A stretch of DNA of 64,000 nucleotides, taken from contig CAZIVL010000001.1 in assembly GCA_964543035.1 (NCBI GenBank), forward strand, positions 122,000-185,999, given 5' to 3'. A program made the translations under genes and the position numbers. Position 1 is the stretch's first letter. Every line of letters starts with the position of its first letter. This document shows, in pieces, positions 58,056-64,000 of the stretch. Origin of the DNA: an uncultured Gammaproteobacteria bacterium (GTDB lineage Bacteria; Patescibacteriota; Microgenomatia; CAZETR01; Amesbacteraceae). The notes beneath the pieces were generated by a model that made no database searches, had not been told where the DNA came from, and saw nothing but the letters and a program-made list of their open reading frames with translations.

Positions 58056-58975
58056 ATTCTCCGTAGAAATCCGGCATTGGGCATACAATTATGGAAATGC
58101 TCAATGCTACAAAGATTGTTCTTGCCTGGGAGTTGTATGAGTCTGGTATTTGTAAGGTGGATGTAGCCAAAAGGTTGGAGGTAAATCGAGATACGGTTCG
58201 AGTTTGGATTCAGGGAGTCCAAAAACATAGCCTCAACACATTTCTTGATTTGTATGCCTCTGCAAAAAAGGGTTCAAGACCCAAACGCCAGATTGATCCA
58301 ATTCTCAAACGGTGGGTTTGGGATATTCGTGAACGGGAGTTGGACTGCTGTGGTCAAAAGATAAACTACTTTCTGGAAAAAGAACGTGGGGTAAGTGTGT
58401 CCATTCCCAAGATTTACGAGATACTCGCTGAAAAGTATCAAATAAAAAGTAAATGGAAAAAGAATCAGGCTCTAGGACCGGTACCAGAGGCCCAAAAGGC
58501 ACGTGAGGTCATCCAGATGGACTCCATAGACTTTGGCGGGATATTTGCATTTACTGCGGTGGATATATTTTCTCGCGAAGCTGATGTCTTGTTACGACCA
58601 TCGTTAACTAGTCATGACGGACTAGTTTTCTTGGAAACGTGTATGCCTCGGAGATTTGATGGCCACAGCAAGTTAATCCAATCTGATGGCGGACCCGAAT
58701 TCAAAGATGAATTCAAAGAAAACGTTGGACAATATACCGATAGATACCGAATTTCTGCTGCATACAAAAAGAACGAGCAGGCATATATTGAGTCGTTTAA
58801 TAGAACAGTTAGAAAAGAATGTTTAGGTTGGAGTAAATACCACCCTGATCAAATCACCCAGCTTAACTACCTGGTAAACACTTTCCTTGAGCGGTATCAT
58901 TACCACAGGCCACATTTAGGTCTAGGATTAAGACCACCGCTTACCAAGTCCTAGTGCCGGATATTTACGGAAACA
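58056..58975 (+). mobile_element. Insertion sequence, IS481-like
   Basis: Imperfect terminal IRs TCCGTAGAAATCCGGCA (58060) / TGCCGGATATTTACGGA (58955); right end ...AACA; single transposase ORF. Confidence 0.75.
58091..58954 (+). CDS. DDE (rve) transposase
   Basis: N-terminal HTH; IQMD, QSDGGPEF, IESFNRT, YHYHRPH.GL. Confidence 0.92.
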   Translation: MEMLNATKIVLAWELYESGICKVDVAKRLEVNRDTVRVWIQGVQKHSLNTFLDLYASAKKGSRPKRQIDPILKRWVWDIRERELDCCGQKINYFLEKERGVSVSIPKIYEILAEKYQIKSKWKKNQALGPVPEAQKAREVIQMDSIDFGGIFAFTAVDIFSREADVLLRPSLTSHDGLVFLETCMPRRFDGHSKLIQSDGGPEFKDEFKENVGQYTDRYRISAAYKKNEQAYIESFNRTVRKECLGWSKYHPDQITQLNYLVNTFLERYHYHRPHLGLGLRPPLTKS

Positions 58976-58985
58976 TATCGTTTAA

Positions 58986-59222
58986 CTAAAATTCTACAGC
59001 GTATCTCGGACTAAAACTGAAATTGGTAAGGCTAGCTGATTCGATTTTGTCACAAATAAATTGTTTTATAGACTGTCTTCCAGATTTACCGCCACTGGTA
59101 TCATATCCCCAGAAGTACTCCATACCTACACCATTTTTTCTCACATAATATTTCATGGAGTAAGGTTCAACCAATCGATCATAACCATCGTATGACAATT
59201 CCAGCACCTTTTGTGACTCCAT
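58986..59222 (-). pseudogene. WYL-domain fragment
   Basis: LELSY...RLVEPYS...YFWGYD...IKQF..DKIE...F.PRY.VEF; the only start lies within tRNA-Glu. Confidence 0.6.
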
Positions 59223-59286
59223 CCGGATTCGAACCGGAGTTCTCAGAATGAGAATCTGATGTCCTGGGCCTCTAGACGATGGAGCC
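59214..59286 (-). tRNA. tRNA-Glu(CTC), CCA not encoded
   Basis: Reverse complement GGCTCCATCGTCTAGAGGCCCAGGACA-TCAGA-TT-CTC-AT-TCTGA-GAACTCCGGTTCGAATCCGGATGGAGTCA. Confidence 0.95.
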
Positions 59287-59334
59287 AGACCTAAATTCTG
59301 AGGCTAATTATACACTTTACTCACCCTCCCCACA

Positions 59335-59363
59335 TTGACAAAATGGCCTCCAGAGAGTACAAT
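59335..59363 (+). promoter_or_regulatory. sigma70 promoter for greA
   Basis: TTGACA-17-TACAAT. Confidence 0.8.
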
Positions 59364-59378
59364 CTACAGAGTTCAGTC

Positions 59379-59405
59379 ACTCCGCAAGTGCGGAGTTTAT
59401 TTTTT
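59379..59405 (+). terminator. Intrinsic terminator in the greA leader
   Basis: ACTCCGC-AAGT-GCGGAGT followed by TTATTTTTT. Confidence 0.75.
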
Positions 59406-59451
59406 CTTCAAGGGTGCTAAAACACCAGAAAACTAAAAAAATCACCAAAAT

Positions 59452-59913
59452 ATGATGAATAGTCCAGTTTTATTGACCCAGTCAGGCCTTGATCACCTCA
59501 AGGCCGAATTGACGGATCTCCAAGAGACAAAAAGACCCGCACTTGTCGCCCGTCTTTCTCTGGCTCGCTCCATGGGCGATCTGTCCGAAAACAGTGACTA
59601 TACTAGTGCAAAAGAAGAGCTGGCTTTTATGGACGGCAGGATCGAAGAGCTCGAGGATCTCACCCGTCATGCCCAGATCATGACCCCCAAAGGTGGCGAC
59701 TCCATAGATCTCGGTCACAAAGTCACAGTAAAAGTGGGAGAAAACCAAGCCACCTTTCATATAGTAGGCGAATGGGAAGCCAATCCAGCCGAAAAAAAGA
59801 TTTCCAACGAGTCTCCTTTGGGAGTAGCCCTCTTGGGCAAAAAAGTCGGGGAAAAAGTCGAAGTCGAGGCCCCAGCTGGAAAACTAGTTTACACAGTTGT
59901 TGGTATAGCTTAA
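59452..59913 (+). CDS. greA: Transcription elongation factor GreA
   Basis: GDLSENSDY..AKE, RIEELE, IS.ESPLG.ALLGKKVGE. Confidence 0.95.
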   Translation: MMNSPVLLTQSGLDHLKAELTDLQETKRPALVARLSLARSMGDLSENSDYTSAKEELAFMDGRIEELEDLTRHAQIMTPKGGDSIDLGHKVTVKVGENQATFHIVGEWEANPAEKKISNESPLGVALLGKKVGEKVEVEAPAGKLVYTVVGIA

Positions 59914-59915
59914 TC

Positions 59916-59945
59916 CTGTCATCCTGAACGAAGTGAAGGATCCAG
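59916..59945 (+). repeat. Half copy of REP-like element
   Basis: CTGTCATCCTGAACGAAGTGAAGGATCCAG, directly followed by TGATATAAT. Confidence 0.8.
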
Positions 59946-60053
59946 TGATATAATATATTCATCATGCACAACTCAGTTAATTCCAAGAAGCACATCACTC
60001 TCTAACGCGGGAGCGATTTGTTTTGCTAACAACTCCCGCAAGGGAGTTTTTTT
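59946..60053 (+). promoter_or_regulatory. Putative leader-peptide attenuator (MHNSVNSKKHITL, antiterminator, terminator)
   Basis: TGnTATAAT; ORF 59964-60005 with AAG AAG; GCGGGAG/CTCCCGC competes with AACTCCC-GCAA-GGGAGTT-TTTTT. Confidence 0.65.
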
Positions 60054-60060
60054 GTTGCAT

Positions 60061-60882
60061 ATGTCGCCAGAAAGGCATCTAGACCAAGAAAAAGTCGAAC
60101 GAGTCAAAAGAGCTCGGCGTTTATTATTGCCCAGGGATCTTGGACGTCTGGATTTGGATTACATGGCGGTTCAGATATCCAGACAAATCGCAGCCTACAA
60201 TTCCGATCATCCGTACGAAATGTTACCCAAAACCCCAGATATCATCACTCGTCAATTCCTTGATGGTAATTCAATTATTATTGCCGAACCCGATTCTACT
60301 GTTCTGTATCACGGAACTTATTACCCAAATTTTGAGAACGATGAGGATCAAATTTTGCGATTCCAAGTAGTCGAGCTCGGAACTGCCATCGCCCACCCCG
60401 AGTTCAGAAATGGCTACGGTCTAGGAGTGGAAGGTAGTGTTTTAAGGCTCAAAAAAGCTCGTCAGACCTGGCGCCACGTGATCGCTCTTTCTACCAACAA
60501 ACAAGTACTCACCACCCATGTACTGCATAGAGCCGGTATGCAAGCAGCTAGTTTCTGGGACTATCCCTATTTGTCATATCTGACCTGTACTTGTGAAAAT
60601 TCATCTGAAGCTTGTGGCTTCGAAAGCTGTATTTTTAGAAGATCTCCCCAAGAAAGCTCTCGCAGATCTCTGGATCTTATATACCGATCCCCACTCGGGA
60701 AAATGCCATGCACCTTGGTATTGTCAGATTTAAGAGCTGCCCGAGAATTTGAAAACATCTGTCGAGAAGTCGATAGTAAACTTGGTAACAAGCCGCTAGA
60801 AACAGGAAAAATCTCAAGAGAAAGTATGCAACATTCGGCCCAGTTCTTCTCTCGAGTTAAAATTTTATCTTCATTAAGATGA
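60061..60882 (+). CDS. Hypothetical protein with GNAT-like motif and Cys cluster
   Basis: ELGTAIAHPEFRNGYGLG (motif A-like); TCTC...C...C; ATG at 60061. Confidence 0.55.
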   Translation: MSPERHLDQEKVERVKRARRLLLPRDLGRLDLDYMAVQISRQIAAYNSDHPYEMLPKTPDIITRQFLDGNSIIIAEPDSTVLYHGTYYPNFENDEDQILRFQVVELGTAIAHPEFRNGYGLGVEGSVLRLKKARQTWRHVIALSTNKQVLTTHVLHRAGMQAASFWDYPYLSYLTCTCENSSEACGFESCIFRRSPQESSRRSLDLIYRSPLGKMPCTLVLSDLRAAREFENICREVDSKLGNKPLETGKISRESMQHSAQFFSRVKILSSLR

Positions 60883-61898
60883 GTACAACTCGCCTTATTA
60901 GTACATTTTGTGATTTAGTCCGGATCGACAGTCCATCGGGGCAAGAATCTGAAGTTGTCAAATTCATTTCAGAGGAGTTAAAAGAGTTAGGGATAAATTC
61001 AGAATCGGATGCGACTGGCAATTTGTTTGCTAGAGTTCCAGGAGTTGGTGACACAGTATTGTTATGTGCTCACATGGACACAGTAGAACCAGGAAAAAAC
61101 ATTCAGCCCAAAATCCATGACGACCATATAACCAGTTCAGGAGATACTATTCTTGGGGCAGACAACAAAGCCTGGATAGCAGCTATTATAGAAGCATTAA
61201 AGTCGACTCCGAAAAAAAAGACAAGGTCTTTGGAACTATTATTTACCACCCGCGAGGAGACCGATGGAGGAGTCAAAGAGTTTGACTGCCAGAAATTATC
61301 TGCAAAGACAGGCCTCATTGCCGACAGGGCAGCCCCAATTGGAACAATTGTCCTGTCATCGCCTTGGGTCACCGACCTTGTCTTTGAGTTTAGGGGAACG
61401 GCGACCCACGCGGCAGTTCCTGAAAAAGGGGTCAATGCTCTCACCAAATCGCTTTCAATATTATCGACCATTCCAGTAGGTCGCGTTGATTCAGATACGA
61501 CTATCAACATTGGGACAATCTCTGGTGGCACTGGAACAAATACTGTTCCAGATTTAGTAGTTGCCAGGGGTGAGATCCGTAGTTTTTCTAGAGAGTCTCA
61601 GGATACCTGGCTCAAAAAAATAAATCCCACTTCATCTCATCTCTATTGTCCAGGTTATACACATTTCACTTCCGATGCTTTTGTCAAAGATATTGTCAGA
61701 TTACATACACATCTCGGTATCAAGACCGATTTAGTCACTGCCCTCGGTGCCAGTGATGCCAATTTTCTAAATTCACAGGGGATTAAGGTCATAAACATAG
61801 GTTACGGTGCCGAAAACACTCATACAATCAGTGAGCGGATTGCAGTCAGTAGTTTAGAGAAACTATGCTCGCTTTTAGTTAAATATATTGTCTGTTAA
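60879..61898 (+). CDS. M20 family metallopeptidase (peptidase T-like)
   Basis: AHMDTV, GADNK, REE, SDAN, HT.SE; ATGA overlap. Confidence 0.88.
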   Translation: MSTTRLISTFCDLVRIDSPSGQESEVVKFISEELKELGINSESDATGNLFARVPGVGDTVLLCAHMDTVEPGKNIQPKIHDDHITSSGDTILGADNKAWIAAIIEALKSTPKKKTRSLELLFTTREETDGGVKEFDCQKLSAKTGLIADRAAPIGTIVLSSPWVTDLVFEFRGTATHAAVPEKGVNALTKSLSILSTIPVGRVDSDTTINIGTISGGTGTNTVPDLVVARGEIRSFSRESQDTWLKKINPTSSHLYCPGYTHFTSDAFVKDIVRLHTHLGIKTDLVTALGASDANFLNSQGIKVINIGYGAENTHTISERIAVSSLEKLCSLLVKYIVC

Positions 61899-61902
61899 AC
61901 TT

Positions 61903-63789
61903 ATGGCCAATACTATGTCACAATCCCGGCTTTCAGAGATTAGGAATATCAGGTTGGATAGACTAAAAAAGCTTCGTGATCTGGGCATCGATCCATACCC
62001 TTCCAAACCATCTCAAGATTTCATCTCCACAGGAGGGGCCAGAAGACTCGAAGGTGAAAGTGTTTTTGTCGTCGGCCGGCTTAGATCATTTCGCGAGCAC
62101 GGCAATGTCATCTTTGCCGATCTAAGAGACGCCTCAGGTCAGATCCAACTCTTGTTCCAAAAGAAAACTCTCGAAGACAAATTTAAGGTTTTGAAACTCA
62201 TCGACTCAGGCGATTTCCTAGGTGCTGGAGGGACAGTCACGACGACTCAGTCGGGTGAGATCACCGTCGACGTCTCCCACTTTGAGCTGCTGGGCAAATC
62301 TCTTCGCCCTTTACCAGACGAGCTGTCAGACACCGAGGAGCGCTACCGTAAACGGTATCTAGATCTTCTTCTCGATCCCAGCGTTCGGACTCGTTTTGAT
62401 GCGAAGACAAAAATTTACAAAGAGACCAGAAATTATCTCGATTCTCTAGGTTTTTTTGAAGTCGAGACTCCCGTATTTCATCCATTATACGGCGGGGCCA
62501 ATGCCAAGCCATTTATTTCCCACATGAATGCCCTAGATCGTGACTACTATCTGCGCATTGCTTTTGAGCTGTATCTAAAAAGATTAGTAGTCGGCGGTTA
62601 CGACAAAGTGTATGAGATTGGAAGAGACTTTAGAAACGAAGGTATAGATCAAACTCACAATCCCGAGTTCACCATGCTTGAGTGGTACGAAGCCTATGCC
62701 GATTATCACCGGATCATGGATGTCACCGAAGGTTTGTTCAAGCATTTGGCTGGCGCCTTGTATGGTACGACCAAAATAAATGTTGGAGATCACGCCATCG
62801 ATATCGGCGTCAGCTGGCCCCGGATCCCCATGCAGACTCTGATCAAAGAAAAACTAGACTTGGATACAGATTCAAAAACCACAGAAGAGCTAGCTGCATA
62901 CTGCAAAAAAAATAATATTGCCTTAATTGGTGGGGAGACCAAGGGTCAGATTATTTTCCAGATTTTCGATGACCAGATCGCCGGGACTTTGATCCAGCCT
63001 ACTTTTGTCATCGATTATCCGGCGGATATCAGTCCCTTGTCCAAGCCACATTCAGATCGTCCTGACTGGGTCCAGAGGTTTGAAGGTTACATCGGAGGCA
63101 AAGAGATTGTCGATGGTTGGTCCGAGCTGACCGATCCCGAGATTCAAAGACAGCGCTTCGAGTTTGATGTCCAGGCGGTTCGAAAGGACAAAGAGGAGAT
63201 TCAGCAGACCGACGAAGACTTTTTGGAAGCTATGGAATATGGCATGCCTCCCATGGGCGGCATCGGCATTGGTATGGACAGGATTACCATGTTTTTTACC
63301 AATACCTGGACCTTCAAAGAGATATTACTATTCCCCACACTGAGGCCTGACAATGATGTGACTCCAAAGCAAGACTTCGATCGCAAATTAGTTGTGGTCA
63401 TTGATCCATCACTCCCCGCCTGGCAGATTATGAATACGTCCGCCCATATTTCCGCGTTTTTGGGCAACAAGATGACCACCAAATTTGATACTGGAAAGTA
63501 CTTTACGACCAAAGATGGTAAGAACCTGCCTCGCAATACTCAGTACCCGATAGTTACATTATCTGCGACTCAGTCTCAGCTGGCAGAATTGATATCGGAA
63601 GTCCGAAAGACAAATCTTTTGCACATAGGCTACGTCCCAGAGATGATGGAGACCACGGATGACAAAAAATTGGTCCAAATGTTGGGAGCCAAATCGAGTG
63701 ATGAAGTGACTTATGCCGGAGTTGGCATCTTTGGGCTGAAAAAAGAGGTGGATCTTCTGACCAAAAAATTCACTTTGTGGGGAAAATAA
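61903..63789 (+). CDS. lysS: Class II lysyl-tRNA synthetase with C-terminal DUF2000-like extension
   Basis: RYRKRYLDL, YLRIAFELYLKRL, FRNEG...HNPEFT, GMPPMGGIGIGMDR; about 140 extra aa after FPTLRP. Confidence 0.92.
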   Translation: MANTMSQSRLSEIRNIRLDRLKKLRDLGIDPYPSKPSQDFISTGGARRLEGESVFVVGRLRSFREHGNVIFADLRDASGQIQLLFQKKTLEDKFKVLKLIDSGDFLGAGGTVTTTQSGEITVDVSHFELLGKSLRPLPDELSDTEERYRKRYLDLLLDPSVRTRFDAKTKIYKETRNYLDSLGFFEVETPVFHPLYGGANAKPFISHMNALDRDYYLRIAFELYLKRLVVGGYDKVYEIGRDFRNEGIDQTHNPEFTMLEWYEAYADYHRIMDVTEGLFKHLAGALYGTTKINVGDHAIDIGVSWPRIPMQTLIKEKLDLDTDSKTTEELAAYCKKNNIALIGGETKGQIIFQIFDDQIAGTLIQPTFVIDYPADISPLSKPHSDRPDWVQRFEGYIGGKEIVDGWSELTDPEIQRQRFEFDVQAVRKDKEEIQQTDEDFLEAMEYGMPPMGGIGIGMDRITMFFTNTWTFKEILLFPTLRPDNDVTPKQDFDRKLVVVIDPSLPAWQIMNTSAHISAFLGNKMTTKFDTGKYFTTKDGKNLPRNTQYPIVTLSATQSQLAELISEVRKTNLLHIGYVPEMMETTDDKKLVQMLGAKSSDEVTYAGVGIFGLKKEVDLLTKKFTLWGK

Positions 63790-63865
63790 TCTCCTTGACT
63801 TCGGGTAATGCTGAGCAATGAACTTGTGACAAAATGTCACGCCATGGGTTGATTGACTAAATAAT

Positions 63866-63892
63866 CAGTTGTCCGAAAAAATCGTACAACTG
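63866..63892. terminator. Hairpin downstream of lysS
   Basis: CAGTTGTCCGA-AAAAA-TCGTACAACTG; no clear U-tract. Confidence 0.35.
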
Positions 63893-63934
63893 ACCTATCT
63901 GTCCTAAAAGTCCTATCTGACTTATAATTCCCCC

Positions 63935-64000
63935 ATGCTAACTCGCGATGCCGCTCTCGATCTTCTCAACACTCATATCCATAACCAAAATTTGCGCAGG
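63935..64000 (+). CDS. Start of a probable HD-domain (HDIG) hydrolase, truncated by the window
   Basis: MLTRDAALDLLNTHIHNQNLRR; TATAAT 6 nt upstream. Confidence 0.55.
   Translation, partial: MLTRDAALDLLNTHIHNQNLRR

Larger units (their letters stand above)
22202..59213. mobile_element. Putative heavy-metal/thiol-redox genomic island adjacent to tRNA-Glu; left boundary approximate
   Basis: 36 co-oriented accessory genes, IS and truncated WYL gene at the tRNA 3' end; looks AT-richer than the flanks by eye; no integrase or att repeat seen. Confidence 0.65.

Noticed and set aside
59946-60060. T-box or lysine riboswitch upstream of the lysS operon
   Set aside because: The leader is only about 100 nt and lacks the T-box GGTGGNACC motif; the leader-peptide model fits better
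1-64000. CRISPR array, cas genes, rRNA, prophage
   Set aside because: No regularly spaced direct repeats, no cas or phage motifs and no long non-coding region; the repeat family is dispersed, not arrayed

Overview
Bacterial chromosome segment. The gene repertoire, many apparently leaderless genes and conserved hypotheticals suggest a Patescibacteria/CPR (Microgenomates-like) organism; this is inference. Bases 1-22201 and 59214-64000 are backbone: aspS (5'-truncated), a D,D-carboxypeptidase, gltX, a nucleotide-sanitising cluster behind tRNA-Gln, a Zur-like regulator with znuACB, an L,D-transpeptidase, lon, tRNA-Glu, greA and a lysS operon. Bases ~22202-59213 are a ~37 kb metal/thiol-redox island abutting the 3' end of tRNA-Glu. 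It holds 36 co-oriented minus-strand genes, including four P1B ATPases, chaperones, DsbA/CcdA/TauE-type proteins, two OmpR-type two-component systems and a BlaI/M56 pair, plus an IS and a WYL remnant. The strongest candidates for new biology are: (1) an operon encoding a CDF metal transporter fused to HflK, plus HflC, HflK and a parvulin foldase; (2) two regulons readable from the DNA, a BlaI-type palindrome (4 copies) and a 15-bp box at fixed spacing from -10 hexamers (7 copies); (3) a Lys-Lys leader-peptide attenuator ahead of a GNAT-like/M20 peptidase/LysRS-DUF2000-like operon; (4) a leader terminator in front of greA. Product calls come from motif recognition by eye; no database searches were run.
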